DNA from: Eledone cirrhosa
Lineage: Eukaryota
Assembly (NCBI GenBank): GCA_964016885.1
Contig: OZ024756.1
Span: 29,760,001 to 29,824,000, forward strand
Length of the DNA: 64,000 bases
Direction of reading: 5' to 3'
Both the position numbers and the translations under genes were made by a program. This document shows, piece by piece, positions 1 to 15,690 of this stretch; within the stretch, counting starts at the first letter, position 1; every line of letters starts with the position of its first letter. Under the pieces are notes generated by a model. It ran no database searches. It had not been told where the DNA came from and saw only the letters and a list, made by a program, of their open reading frames with translations.

Positions 1-97
1 ATATTCACACATATTTTTTTTTATTTCTAAAGAGTTAAATAGATTCATCTATGCCGGACCGATACATCAAACAGATTTAAAAAAAAGAAACAACCGT

Positions 98-627
<530 letters not shown>

Positions 628-1477
628 ATGGCGGTGGTGGTGGCGGTGGTGGTGGTGGTGGTGGTGGTGGTGGTGGTGGTGGTGGTGGCGGTGGTGGTGG
701 TGGTGGAAGTGGTGGTGGTGGTGGTGGTGGTGGTGGTGGTGGTGGTGGTGGTGGTGGTGGTGGTGGTGGTGGTGGTGGTAGAGGTGGTGGCGGTGGTGGT
801 AGAGGTGGTGGCGGCGGTGGTGGTGGTGGTGGAAGTGGTGGTGGTGGTGGTGGTGGTGGTGGTGGTGGTGGTGGTGGTGGTGGTGGTGGTGGTGGTGGTG
901 GTGGTGGTGGTGGTGGTGGTGGTGGTGGTGGTGGTGGTGGTGGTGGCGGTGGTGGTGGTGGTGGTGGTAGAGGTGGAGGTAGTGGTGGTGGTGGTGGTGG
1001 TGGTGGTGGTGGTGGTGGTGGTGGTGGTGGTGGTGGTGGAGGTGGTGGTGGTGGTGGTAGAGGTGGAGGTGGTGGTGGTGGTGGAGGTGGTGGTGGTGGT
1101 GGCGGTGGTGGAGGTGGTGGTGGAAGTGGTGGTGGTGGTGGTGGTGGCGGTGGTGGAGGTGGTGGTGGAAGTGGTGGTGGTGGTGGTGGTGGCGGTGGTG
1201 GAGGTGGAAGTGGTGGTGGTGGTGATGGTGGCGGTGGTGATGGTGGTGGTGGTAGAGGTGGAGGTGGTGGTGGTGGTGGTGGTGGAGGTGGTGGTGGTGG
1301 TGGCGGTGGTGGAGGTGGTGGTGGAAGTGGTGGTGGTGGTGGTGGTGGCGGTGGTGGTGGTGGTGGTGGTGGTGGTGGTGGTGGTGGTGGTGGTGGTGGT
1401 GGTGGTGGTGGTGGAGGTGGAGGTGGAGGTGGAGGTGGTGGAGGTGGTGGTGGTGGTGGTGGTGGTGGTGGAAGTGT
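628..1477. repeat. ~850 bp degenerate (GGT)n trinucleotide array
   Basis: GGT units with GGC/GGA/GTA variants; source of the poly-V/G/W/H ORFs. Confidence 0.95.
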
Positions 1478-1504
1478 TGGGTGGAAAGTCGGTTAAATTG
1501 TTCC

Positions 1505-1687
1505 TCAGTACTTAAATGGTACTTTATCAACTTTTATCGACCTTTATCAACTTTTATCGACCCCCATAAGGATCAAAAGCAAAGCCTCCTCGCGGCGGGA
1601 TTTGAACTCAGATCATAAAGGGCCGTAACTCCAGGCTGTAAAGCATGGCGTCAGGTCCTGGACCGATATTGCCAATCCACCGCCCTA
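1505..1687 (-). mobile_element. tRNA-derived SINE (family A), diverged copy
   Basis: Minus strand has A-box-like TGGCAATATCGG, B-box GAGTTCAAATCC and the core CCTTATGGGGGTCGATAAAA shared with ~20 copies in the window. Confidence 0.8.
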
Positions 1688-1893
1688 TTGGGAAATCAAA
1701 GTAATGAAAACAATAACAATAACTGCATTAGTGATCAAGTAATATTGTTTGTTTTAACCCTCTTCGACGCCATTTTGTAATTGTCTGCATGTCTTACAAC
1801 TTATGTATAACAAACTTTATCAACTGACGTAAAGAATCTGCTATAAGCATTAGAATTGTTTATGGTTGTTGTTGTATTTTTTGGGGGGAGGGG

Positions 1894-2166
1894 GCTCTTT
1901 CTCTTTATCTCTCTTTTCCATTCATTATCTCTCTCTATATATCTTTCTGTCTGTCGCTCTCTCCCTCTCTCTTTACCTCTCTCTCTATATATATCTTTCT
2001 GTCTATCGCTCTCTCCCTCTATCTTTACCTCTCTCTCTCTGTCTGTCTCTCTTTCCGCTCTCTCTCTCTCTCTCTCTTTACCTCTCTCTGTCAGTCTCTC
2101 ACTGTCAGTCTCGCTCCTCTCCCTGCTCCTCTTTCCTAAATCTCTCTCTCTCTCTATCTCGCACTG

Positions 2167-2243
<77 letters not shown>

Positions 2244-2286
2244 TGCACTGCTTCTTTCTCTCTTTCTGTCTCTCTCACACTGCCTT

Positions 2287-2317
<31 letters not shown>

Positions 2318-2392
2318 GTCTCTCTCACTCTCTCTCACTCTCCTGTCTCTTTCACTCTCTCGCTCTGCCTCCCTTTCTCTCCACCCTCTCTT
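1894..2392. repeat. (CT)n-rich polypyrimidine tract
   Basis: Directly visible. Confidence 0.9.
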
Positions 2393-2868
2393 TCCAGCTT
2401 CAATTTAAAGTATGCCCTATTAATATTGTTTTTTTGTTTTTCCAAGTTATGTTAAATCCCCTTACCTACCGCAGGATATAAGAAAAGGGAGAATTTGTCT
2501 CATATTACATACAAGACAGGGACATTTAAAGGGGTTTCAAAACGAAGTAAGAGAACGATGAGGAAAATCAGCTGGAGTAGGAGGAGAAAAGGGGCCGACG
2601 TTGGAAATAAAATTTTAAAACAATAAAAACCCACCTAAATATAACAAAAATTGAAAGAAAAACCCCTAAACCTGCAAAGAGGTGGTTAGGGAGGGGGCGG
2701 GCAGTTGAAACGACAAGATGAGAAAAGAAGACATCAAGAAGGTTTCTCAGAGATAACGATAAACGATAAAACCTGCTGGACTTCATTGATCATAGTGAGT
2801 GTGTACATATATATATGTATGCATGTATGTATGTATCTATGTATGTATGCATGTATATATACATTTAT

Positions 2869-3183
<315 letters not shown>

Positions 3184-3189
3184 TACTTT

Positions 3190-3506
3190 TTGGTAAATGC
3201 ATACTTTTTGGTAAATATCATCTTGGTTAAGAGAGTGGGATTGGCTTTGTGCAGTGTCTTTGCTCACTATAAAAGCTTCACGGCACAGACATTGCTTTAT
3301 ATCTGGAGATCTCTCTGCACTTGTCATCACATGGTACCATGGGCCCAGTACTATGTGTCAATAATTGTCACAAGTGTAGAGTTTGTACCAGAGTTTTCAA
3401 GTCGCTGACTGGACTAAAAATTCACACTCGTTCAGCGCATCGGTAGGGGTACTCCTACATGGATATAAAGTAGTGGCCGTACTCGAAAACGAGTTGGCAG
3501 CCACCA

Positions 3507-3507
<1 letters not shown>
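3190..3507 (+). mobile_element. 3' part of a non-autonomous RTE-derived element
   Basis: Near-identical to 11778-12065; encodes [24 protein letters not shown] (C2H2 finger of the kind found at some RTE ORF C-termini). Confidence 0.7.
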
Positions 3508-3566
<59 letters not shown>

Positions 3567-3750
3567 AATATATATATGTGTATGTATATATATATGTATA
3601 AATATATATATATGTATATATATATGTGTGTGTGTAAGTATATATGTATATATTTATATATATGCATGAATATATGTATGTACGTACCTATGTATGCATG
3701 CATTGATGTACGTATGTATATATGTATGTAGGTACGTATGTATATCTCTG

Positions 3751-3819
<69 letters not shown>

Positions 3820-3821
3820 AG

Positions 3822-4023
3822 ATAGGAAAAGTATGACCCCGACGGCAGAGCTCAAGCCGTTTCACCAGGCTAAAAATTCTAATTTAGTCCAGAAATAGCC
3901 GTCGAAACGACTTCAGCTCTGCTGTCTGGGTCATACTTTTTCCTATTACCCACTCTACTACCCTAAGTATTGAGTACTCTGGTGCGTTGTGGTCCATCTG
4001 GTTCCTTACCACATTTCCTGTGT
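3822..4023 (+). mobile_element. Fold-back PLE-like family B copy (3' half of a hammerhead)
   Basis: Inverted arms around ~3885; GAAA-stem III-GTC-like motif; TGAGTAC at 3971; flanked by TA/GA repeats. Confidence 0.7.
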
Positions 4024-4149
4024 TATATATATATATATATATAGAGAAAGATAGATACATAGATATATGTCTCTATCTATCTATCTATCTCTATATATAC
4101 TGTACGATGTAAAGATTTACACGCATATACACACATATATGCGTACATA

Positions 4150-5060
<911 letters not shown>

Positions 5061-5453
5061 ACACATCAAACATATGGTATACATAGATAAAAATATATCA
5101 GCTTATCTATGTAAATCGATTATCATATATTTGTTTATCAGCATGCATATTTGTTATCCATGCATATATACGTACATACATACATACGTACATAGGTACT
5201 TATGTACATCCATATATACATACACACATACATATATACATAAAAACATTCATACATACGTAGGTACGAACATACATACAAACACACAGCTATACTCACA
5301 CACACACACACACACATATATGTATATATATATATATGTATATATCTCTATATATATACACACACACATATATATACACACACACACATATATACACACA
5401 CACACACATATATGTATATATATGTATATATCTCTATATATATGCACACACAC

Positions 5454-5484
<31 letters not shown>

Positions 5485-6023
5485 CACACACACACACATA
5501 TATCTCTATATATATACGCACACATATATATACACACACACATATATATACACACACACATATATATATATATATACAGTATATATATATATGTACTAGA
5601 TATATATATATACATATACATATATATACATACATATAATAAAATATTGCCTGTAATGTAGATACATAATCGTGAGAGAAGGGTGAGGTTAGTTATTCTG
5701 GCGTCCATGTTGACAAGATATATTATTTTCCTTGCATATAAAGTTAGTTTATTTAAAGTCGACAGTATGCTAAGTAAGAATATATATCCACACGCACAAT
5801 AACACATCCAAAAAATAAAGCACACCCACCCAACCACATACACACACACACACATAGACACACACACACATACACACTCTCTCTCTCTCACACACACACA
5901 CATATATATGTGTGCGTGTGTATATATGTAATATATGTATATATGGATATATGCAATATAAAAATATACATACACTAGAAATTATACAAACAAGTTGAAG
6001 AAAAAGCTTACGCACACAAGAAC

Positions 6024-6073
<50 letters not shown>

Positions 6074-6145
6074 TGCATATATATATATGTATATATATAT
6101 ATGTATATATATATATGTATATATATATATGTATATATATATATG

Positions 6146-6240
<95 letters not shown>

Positions 6241-6415
6241 CTCACAAAAATGTACACAAATTCACAGATATATACATAAGAATATATACAAAATGATAAA
6301 CATACACACAAAGGAACTTATAAAAACTACTCCGTCGGTTACGACGATGAGTGTTCCAGTTGATTGGATCAATACACACACATACGTATATATGTTTATA
6401 TATATCTATGTCTAA

Positions 6416-6653
6416 CGTCTGTCTTAACCCAGAAAGCTCATTTGGCCGGTGCCTATCCCGGTTTCTTGGTGTGAAGTGACTGAGAGTACAAGACTTCCTC
6501 CTGGAAGGGACGCAGGGTTAACCCCCCCCCCCCAAACACACACACACCTATTGTTTCAGGTGAGTATACTGAGGTAACGTGAAATGAAGTGTTTTGCTCA
6601 AGAACATAACACGCAACCCACTAATCGAACAGCCGGCTAGGCCACGTGCTTCC
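6416..6653 (-). mobile_element. SINE (second family, CORE-like TTGAGCAAAACACTT segment)
   Basis: Reverse complement resembles the plus-strand SINE at 57655-57780. Confidence 0.6.
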
Positions 6654-6830
6654 TAACGTATATATATATATATATAAAAATATATATATGTATATATATG
6701 TAGAATTTCTATTTAAATTGTTGAGATACAACAAGCAAATATTTTTATAACTGATATAAAGCACTCAACAAATAATTGGAGTAAAAATACGATATTAACA
6801 AATGGAAACTATATTTATAAAAACATATTT

Positions 6831-6893
6831 ATTTCATTATACGTATTTCAAGGACACCAAGTTAAATTATGGTGTGCTTTCATCAGATAAAAT
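6831..6893 (-). ncRNA. Type I hammerhead ribozyme (family E)
   Basis: ATTTTAT-CTGATGA-AAGCACACCA..TGGTGTCCTT-GAAA-T-ACGT-A-TA-ATGAAAT; stems I and II pair; palindromic tetraloop ACGT. Confidence 0.8.
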
Positions 6894-7154
6894 ATAATAT
6901 AGAACAGTTTTATAAATAAATATTGACATACCCTTAAAGAATGCAACCATTACAGTTGGAAGCTCCTGGATAGTGGGGTTACTAATTTTATTATTGGTCT
7001 ATTATGCAAATTAGTGTCGGAAAGGTTTAAATCCCATACATTTAAAATTATCCGTTGGAATAGGGAAAAAATAAAAAAGAAAAAGAATGCAACCGATATG
7101 GTTGCATTCTTTAAGGGTATGTCAATATTTGTTTATAAAACTGATCTATATTAT

Positions 7155-7217
7155 ATTTTATCTGATGAAAGCGCACCATAATTTGCTTTGGTGTCCTTGA
7201 AATATGTATAATGAAAT
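7155..7217 (+). ncRNA. Type I hammerhead ribozyme (family E, loop mutated to ATGT)
   Basis: ATTTTAT-CTGATGA-AAGCGCACCA..TGGTGTCCTT-GAAA-T-ATGT-A-TA-ATGAAAT. Confidence 0.75.
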
Positions 7218-7347
7218 AAATATGGTTTTATAAATATAGTTTCCATTTGTTAATATATTGTATTTTTAATCCAAAAATTTGTTGAGTGCTTTATATCAGT
7301 TATAAAAATATTTGCTTGTTGTATCCCAACAAATTAAATATAACTTC

Positions 7348-7389
<42 letters not shown>

Positions 7390-7412
7390 GATATATATAT
7401 ATATATGTAGAA

Positions 7413-7483
<71 letters not shown>

Positions 7484-7491
7484 AATATATA

Positions 7492-7670
7492 TAATTGTTT
7501 CTACTTTAGGCACAAGGCCAGCAAATACCCAGTGCATTACTGGTACTTTATTTTATCGACCCCGTAAGGATGAAAGGCAAAGTCAACCTCGGCGGGATTT
7601 GAACTCAGATCGTAAAGGGACGTAACTATGCTGGAAAGCATGGCGTCCGACCCTCCACCGATACTGCCAA
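7492..7670 (-). mobile_element. tRNA-derived SINE family A
   Basis: A/B boxes and conserved core on the minus strand. Confidence 0.85.
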
Positions 7671-8087
7671 ATGATATATATATAGTCAAACAAGAATTTA
7701 CAGAAAATGATAGACACACACGCTCACTCACATACACACAGACAGACACAATAGGATATATACCAAACAATAGATATATATATACACACAGACGTATAAA
7801 AAAAAATGATAAGAGTACATAAACAAGAACATATACATACAAATAGAAATATTGCAAACAAACGATAAAATAGAAATGGCGGAAACATCGCAGCTTCCCA
7901 ATTGACAATTGGTTTGTGACGTATCATTTTGGCTAAATTCCAGTTTTTGTCCGTGAGTAAAAGTTTGACTTGTAGTATTTGTGGTATATATACATATATG
8001 TATATATATATGTATATATATATATATGTGTGTGTGTGTGTTGTATGTTTATATGTATGTATATATATGTATATGTATGCATGTGTA

Positions 8088-8142
<55 letters not shown>

Positions 8143-8260
8143 ATATATGTTTATATATATATGTATATGTATATGTATATATATATATATGTACATATAG
8201 ATGTATATGTATATATATATATATATACATATATATGTACATATAGATGTATATGTATAT

Positions 8261-8322
8261 ACTCTTTTACTCTTTTACCTGATCCAGCCATCCAGCTGAG
8301 GCCGTCCTGGGGCACCGCCCTT
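8261..8322 (-). mobile_element. SINE 3'-end fragment (CTCTTTTA repeat tail)
   Basis: ACTCTTTTACTCTTTTAC...GGGGCACCGCC; resembles an abundant cephalopod SINE tail as recalled, not searched. Confidence 0.4.
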
Positions 8323-8325
8323 AAA

Positions 8326-8370
<45 letters not shown>

Positions 8371-8375
<5 letters not shown>

Positions 8376-8563
8376 AACCAGTAAGACCCCGACGGCTGAG
8401 CTCAAGCCGTTTCGACGGCTAATTCTGGACTGAATTAGCCGTCGAAACGGCTTGAGCTCAGCCGTCGGGGTCTTACTGGTTCCTATTACCCACTCTACTA
8501 CCCCAAGTATTGAGTACTTTGGTGCGTTATGGTCCACCTGGTTCCTTACCACTTTTCCTTCGT
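8371..8563 (+). mobile_element. Fold-back PLE-like family B copy
   Basis: Perfect 55-bp arms 8371-8425/8432-8486; GAAA-CGGCT-TGAGCTC-AGCCG-TC hammerhead stem III; (TA)n on both sides. Confidence 0.8.
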
Positions 8564-8698
8564 TATATATATATATATATATATATATATACGTATATGT
8601 ATATATATATATATATATATGCATGTATATATATATGTATATATATGTATATATATATATATATGTATATGTATATATACATGTATATGTATATGTAC

Positions 8699-8787
<89 letters not shown>

Positions 8788-8843
8788 AAGATATGTATGT
8801 GTATATATGTGTCCGTATATGTAGAGGTAGATAGTATATATAT

Positions 8844-8899
<56 letters not shown>

Positions 8900-9277
8900 G
8901 TATACATACATACATACATATATATATATACATATATGCACACATACTATCTAACATCTAACGCATGAATTCATTAGATTACGATACGCTACATAACATT
9001 TACTTCAACTCAAGCTGTGTATGAGCTTTTTTTTTTTAAACAAAAAAAAAACGACTAAGTTTATTTTAACACATTTATCTTCCACAGTGTCCTAGTTCTC
9101 TATATGTTATATTTGTTGATTATATTCCTCATTATACCAACGCGGTTCTATTATTTAATGTGTCTCGAATTAGAAACATTAATTCTCGCTTATAATTTGT
9201 ATAACAGTTCATAATTACGAAAGCCACAACTATCCAAACACTATAATCATATATATGTATATATAAAAATAAACATG

Positions 9278-9300
<23 letters not shown>

Positions 9301-9308
<8 letters not shown>

Positions 9309-9454
9309 ATACTTGGAGAGGGTCATATTTGTGTAATAATATTGCCAGAATTAATTCAGTTATTAATTCTGGCAATATTATTACACAAATATGACCCTCC
9401 CCAAGTATAACAATATTTGTTTCGACACAGGATTTCATATAAAAAACCTCGCCA

Positions 9455-9458
<4 letters not shown>
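9301..9458 (+). mobile_element. Fold-back fragment related to the family G 3' end
   Basis: Arms ~9301-9354/9363-9416; ATGACCCTCCC.AAGTATAACAATAT shared with 47537-47600. Confidence 0.7.
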
Positions 9459-9546
<88 letters not shown>

Positions 9547-10265
9547 ATAGGCCAGCATCCAAAGAGGGCACGATAAGTATTATATATTTATATAAGAGCT
9601 TTGAAATCTTTCGTGCATTAATTTATCAATAACTGCATTGTTTCTATCCAGGGACTATGTTGAAAACTAAACCTCATTTGATCATTCCATGAGAGTATCT
9701 TGGTCAGCCTATAAACTTCTCAGCCGACCCTCGTATTTAAACTTAGAGTTTATGCTGCAGAGACAGAAGAGTGTTGGTTCATTACAATATATTTGGAGTT
9801 ACTTGAGTACAGTCTGTAATAAAATGAGTAATTTGTTTTCCTTTATTAAAAGAGCTTTGCCTAGAAACAAGACCATTTTTTAAAGGAAAATCTAATACAC
9901 ACACACACACACACACATATATATGAATATAATTAAAAAAATATAATGAAATATTAAATTGCAGGATTAAATTAATTTTCTAATTAAATTAATAGTATTA
10001 CTGTTTTTTCAATATAAATAGTTGGTATGTAAAAAAAAAAAAATAAATAAAAGAAATACGGAATTAAAAATTATAGTAATTAATACTGTAAATAGCATTT
10101 ATTCATTTACGTACGTGTAAACTTATTTATTACTAATAGTATACCGAAGGGAAGTATGCATTCATTTCACGATAAATAAACCTCTATCATAATATTTCAG
10201 AAGCTTTTATTTAATTTTTTTCCTTTATTCGTTGAGAAAATTGTTTTAGTGTTGCATGTGAAACT

Positions 10266-10524
10266 ATACCGCACGTTATAAACTGTACATATGAAATAAG
10301 GTTTTGAGTCTGTGGCTAGCTCTACCGCACGTTATAAACTGTACATATGAAATAAGGTTTTGAGTCTGTGGCTAGCTGTATCGCACGTTATAAACTGTAC
10401 ATATGAAAGAAGGTTTTGAGTCTGTGGCTAGCTGTATCGCACGTTATAAACTGTACATATGAAATAAGGTTTTGAGTCTGTGGCTAGCTGTATCGCACGT
10501 TATAAACTGTACATATGAAATAAG
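10266..10524. repeat. 56-bp tandem repeat, ~4.6 copies
   Basis: Unit A(C/T)CGCACGTTATAAACTGTACATATGAAATAAGGTTTTGAGTCTGTGGCTAGCT(C/G)T starting at 10268, 10324, 10380, 10436 and 10492. Confidence 0.9.
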
Positions 10525-11070
10525 ATTCCCAATATGTGGAGTAATGTCATCGCTTGATACTCAAGCAGGAGCATCATGAACGTGGCTTTTTAGTCCTGTT
10601 AGGGACTTGGTTATTGGCCAGGAATGCCGTGCATCGCAAAAAATGTCACATATCAAGCGATGCCATAGGGTTCCCATATATTTAATCTATCCAGGTTTAG
10701 ATATAAGAAGGGAAATAAATAATTTTCTATATAGATAATAAACACAGCCACAGGGATATGGTCCGAACGTGGAAGAGCCCAACTCCCACTGTCATCACCT
10801 CCATCTCTTTCGCCCTCCCCATTTCTCCGTTTTGTGAACAAATGGGGTCCCACATGCTGGCATCCCCACAGCCCCGGCGGACAGAATGGAGAAGGCGTTT
10901 CCCCGGAGGATGGCAAGGGAGATGCGCTGGAAGCTCTACTGATCGTTAAAAAATTGAATTGGGGTTGCCCATGAACGGTGATCACCGACGTCTGACGTCG
11001 AAATTATCAACCAGTCACGGTTCCAATCGCAGACTCTCTTTACATATCTATATATGTATATATATATATG

Positions 11071-11145
<75 letters not shown>

Positions 11146-11397
11146 TTCAAGAGTAACCAATCTTAAAGAGAGAGATGGAGATAGGAGAGGAGATATGAGA
11201 GGAGAGATTGGTGAATTAGTTAGAAGCCAAAGGGTAAAGACATGTGCTCAATGTGCAATATGCAGTAGAAAGCAGCTAGGTGGCTGGGTTCATGCAGAAG
11301 TTAGGTGCGCAGAGCTGGAAACATTCATTAGCTAAGCAAAAACAAAATTTGTGGTCTTGTTTTGCTTAACTAATGAATATATATATATATATATATA

Positions 11398-11467
<70 letters not shown>

Positions 11468-11471
<4 letters not shown>

Positions 11472-12066
11472 AGGTCACCAGTTGGTGCTACTGGTAACAT
11501 GTATTCCAGTACAACCTGTCTCATGGTCGGGTCGTTGGCGACTAAACTGGCAACCCCACCAAGGTTTCTTGGTGAGGAGGGTGACTTTGGACATCCTGCA
11601 GGACTAAAAACAAAACCTGTCAAAGGGCAAAGGAGCTCTTAAGAGTCAATGGCCATCCAAAATCACCGGGAGAGATGACCCCTTAGCCTTTGTCAAGGCA
11701 GAATTCTAGGAGAAGGAAAACTCTGATATAACACCTGCAACTCTGATGGTATCCAATGATGTTGACTTGTTCTTCTTTTTGGTAAATATCATCTTGGTTA
11801 AGAGAGTGGGACTGGCTTTGTGCAGTGCCTTTGCTCACTATAAAAGCTTCACGGCACAGGCATTGCTTTATATCTGGAGATCTCTCTGCACTTGTCGTCA
11901 CATGGTACCATGGGCCCAGCACTATGTGTCAATAATTGTCACAAGTGTAGTGTTTGTACCAGAGTTTTCAAGTCGCTGGCTGGACTAAAAAGTCACGCTC
12001 GTTAGGGGTTTTCCTACATGGATATAAAGTAGTGGCCGTACTCGAAAACGAGTTGGCAGCCACCAC
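11468..12066 (+). mobile_element. Internally deleted (bipartite) RTE-derived non-autonomous element
   Basis: RTE-like 5' region (CCCCTTAGCCTTTGTCAAGGCA..CTAGGAGAAGGAAAACTC) joined to a 3' end encoding [21 protein letters not shown]; no RT between them. Confidence 0.65.
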
Positions 12067-12642
12067 ATATATATATATACACAAGGACCAGACATTACCT
12101 CAAGATCTGACTTGATCGTATAAAATCCATGTTTACAGCTGCCCCCACCTATTTGTACAGAACAGAACAGAACAGAATGAGAAAATAGCACGAACCAGTG
12201 GAAGAAAGAAAGAAAAAAAAATTATAAAAAGCCCATTACACTTTTATCATGCGCCATTGTTGTTAAAAACCATTGGACCGTGTAGTTGAGAGACAGGTGG
12301 TTACACAATAATAGTCTTGCCTTCATAAATCTTTGATGTCAGGTGTACTAGTCTGGTCATTTAGTATTCTACAATGATGATTAGATGACTTTCAGATCGA
12401 TACATATAAACTGACCACACTAAAAAGGATTTATCGGAAAAAGAAAGACTCAGACTCGATAAAAGGAAACAGCTTTTCGACTTAATAGAAATAGCAGCGA
12501 AGTGTTCCTCCTCAAATCACTGTCACACTCTGGCAACATCTAATAACTAGTACGAATTAGTACGTCCATTTCAGGATATTACTGTAAGTGATAGGGTATA
12601 TAAGCCTTCACCCGACCACCGCCCGATATATATATATGTGTT

Positions 12643-12937
<295 letters not shown>

Positions 12938-12946
12938 TATATATAT

Positions 12947-13053
12947 AACGAAGGAAGTGTGGTAAGGAACCAGATGGACCATAACGCACCAGAGGAGTCC
13001 AGAAATATTCGTCTAAACGGCTTTAGCTCTGCCGTCGTGGTTAAACATTTTCC
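12947..13053. mobile_element. Family B rearranged (inverted) fragment
   Basis: Inverted 3' end joined to GGAGTCCAGAAAT...GCCGTC body. Confidence 0.65.
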
Positions 13054-13104
<51 letters not shown>

Positions 13105-13287
13105 GTTGTTTACATGATATACGTGTCTTCTGTGCAGAGTCCAACTAATTGCTAAAATCAATTAAAGGTATTCCTCACTTTTTTTTCCAATTTAGACGGA
13201 ATACGCATATTTGGAATATTTACATGTTTATATACTAAAAATATGTAAATTTATGCACACATTTACGCAGCGTTGGTTACCTCTATA

Positions 13288-13354
<67 letters not shown>

Positions 13355-13571
13355 AGTGTGTATCTATCATATATGATTGTAGTATAGTACTTTACTATTT
13401 ACTTTGGGAAGATGAGAAAAGCTCTTAAGTTTTTTTAATAATAAATATATATTTATATTTAAATTAATTTAAATTTGTGTTTCTTATTCCACAATGCTTC
13501 AAGCAAACTACAAGGCTTTGTTATTTGTAAGGCGGTGGTCGGGTGAAGGCTTATATACCCTATCACTTACA

Positions 13572-13709
13572 GTAAGACCAAGGTTAACGTATGTTGATGC
13601 CCTAAGGACAGACACTGGTCTGTTGGAGACGCAGGACATGGCAGCGATAATGAGGGACAGAGACCGCTGGAGAGAACTCGTCCATGGATCTCGGGAATTT
13701 TACCTGCCC
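13572..13709 (+). mobile_element. RTE-clade LINE 3'-end fragment
   Basis: [15 protein letters not shown]...[10 protein letters not shown]; near-identical to 59730-59870 (minus). Confidence 0.75.
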
Positions 13710-13717
13710 TATATATA

Positions 13718-13907
13718 TAATTGTTTCTACTTTAGGCACAAGGCCAGCAACTACCCAGTACATTACTGGTACTTTATTTTATCGACCCCGTAAGGATGAA
13801 AGGCAAAGTTAACCTCGGCGGGATTTGAACTCAGACTGTAAAGGGACGTAACTATGCTAGAAAGCATGGCGTCCAACCCTCTACCGATACTGCCAATTCA
13901 CCGCCCT
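13718..13907 (-). mobile_element. tRNA-derived SINE family A, full length
   Basis: Head AGGGCGGTGAATTGGCAGTATCGG; B box GAGTTCAAATCC. Confidence 0.85.
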
Positions 13908-13969
13908 ATATATATAATATATATATATAAGAACAGATGGTTTACGAGTTTTATATTTTAATATATATT

Positions 13970-14497
<528 letters not shown>

Positions 14498-14498
14498 T

Positions 14499-14551
14499 GA
14501 GATTCTACAGGACTAGAACTGTTTCATTCATTTGAAATCATCAGGAATCTC
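14499..14551 (-). ncRNA. Type I hammerhead ribozyme (family D)
   Basis: GAGATTC-CTGATGA-TTTC-AAAT-GAAT-GAAA-CAG-TTCTAGTC-CTG-TA-GAATCTC. Confidence 0.85.
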
Positions 14552-14602
14552 AGATTCCTGATGATTTCAAATGAATGAAACAGTTCTAGTCCTGTAGAAT
14601 CT
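14552..14602 (+). ncRNA. Type I hammerhead ribozyme (family D)
   Basis: AGATTC-CTGATGA-TTTC-AAAT-GAAT-GAAA-CAG-TTCTAGTC-CTG-TA-GAATCT. Confidence 0.85.
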
Positions 14603-14684
14603 CATCTATATTAAAACTGTTATACTCTGCTATGTATTGAGTACCTTACTTACTGTGGTTACCTCCGATTCAACCCGGAATAAC

Positions 14685-14734
<50 letters not shown>

Positions 14735-14736
<2 letters not shown>

Positions 14737-15030
14737 GATATTAAACAAATGGAAACTATATTTATAAAACCATATTTATTTCGTTATATATATTTCTGGG
14801 ATATCATATTAAAAATATGTTATGCCTTCCTCAGACAAAATACAATACATAAGCTGTTTTATAAATAATTAGTGACATACCTTGTAATAATGCAACTTCC
14901 TTTTAAAAAGTTGATTTTATAAATATAGTTTCCATTTGTTTAATATCGTAAACCTACTCCAGAAACTGTCGAGTGCTTTTATATCAGTTATAAAATATTT
15001 ACTCGTTGTAACCCAACAATCTTAAATAAA
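14735..15030. mobile_element. Older, diverged family E fold-back copy
   Basis: ACAAATGGAAACTATATTTATAAAA and its inverse; GTCGAGTGC 3' motif. Confidence 0.65.
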
Positions 15031-15035
15031 ACTTT

Positions 15036-15085
<50 letters not shown>

Positions 15086-15496
15086 TATATACATATACGT
15101 ATGTATATTATATATATATACACGTATACATATATTTGTAAGTATGTATGTATGTATATATGTATGTATATATGTATGTATCTATGTGTATATGTATTTA
15201 TGTATACATGTATGTATGTATCTATGTATATATGTTCGTATGTATGTATGTATGTATGTATGTATGTATGTATGTATGTATGTATGTATTTATGTATGTA
15301 TGTATGTATGTATGTATGTGTGTGTGTATGTATGTGTGTATGTATGTATGTGTGTATGTATGAATGTGTGTGTATATATGTATGTGTGTGTGTATGTATG
15401 TATGTATATCAACGAGTCTATAATTCACGTTACAGACTGTTGCTCACGGTAATTTATGAAATATTTGCAGGTTTTTAATTGTATTTAGTGTTAGTT

Positions 15497-15551
<55 letters not shown>

Positions 15552-15690
15552 CGTCAATGATGATGATGGTGATGATGATGATGTTATTATTGTCATATTA
15601 GATTCTCTGCTTCAATCGGAGTGGTACCAATTTACATAGTTTGCGGGGTTTCGTGGCTGGAATGTGGAAAAATATCTCCATCATACGTTC

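Larger units (their letters stand above)
6715..7345. mobile_element. Large inverted-repeat PLE-like element (family E), ~235-bp arms, one hammerhead per arm
   Basis: Arms ~6715-6949 and ~7098-7336, similar but not identical; flanked by (TA)n. Confidence 0.8.
14495..14688 (+). mobile_element. Fold-back PLE-like family D
   Basis: Perfect palindrome centred on 14551; unique 3' tail with TGAGTAC; (TA)n flanks. Confidence 0.8.

Noticed and set aside
3369-3446. Host C2H2 zinc-finger exon
   Set aside because: Part of a dispersed repeat duplicated at 11940-12005
6715-7345. MITE/foldback DNA transposon or pre-miRNA interpretation of the palindromes
   Set aside because: Across these families the arms usually carry an asymmetric unique 3' tail and hammerhead cores, and arm length varies between copies. 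This fits truncated, inverted retro-insertions better, though it is not formally excluded.
10266-10524. Possible CRISPR array
   Set aside because: Contiguous 56-bp tandem units with no unique spacers
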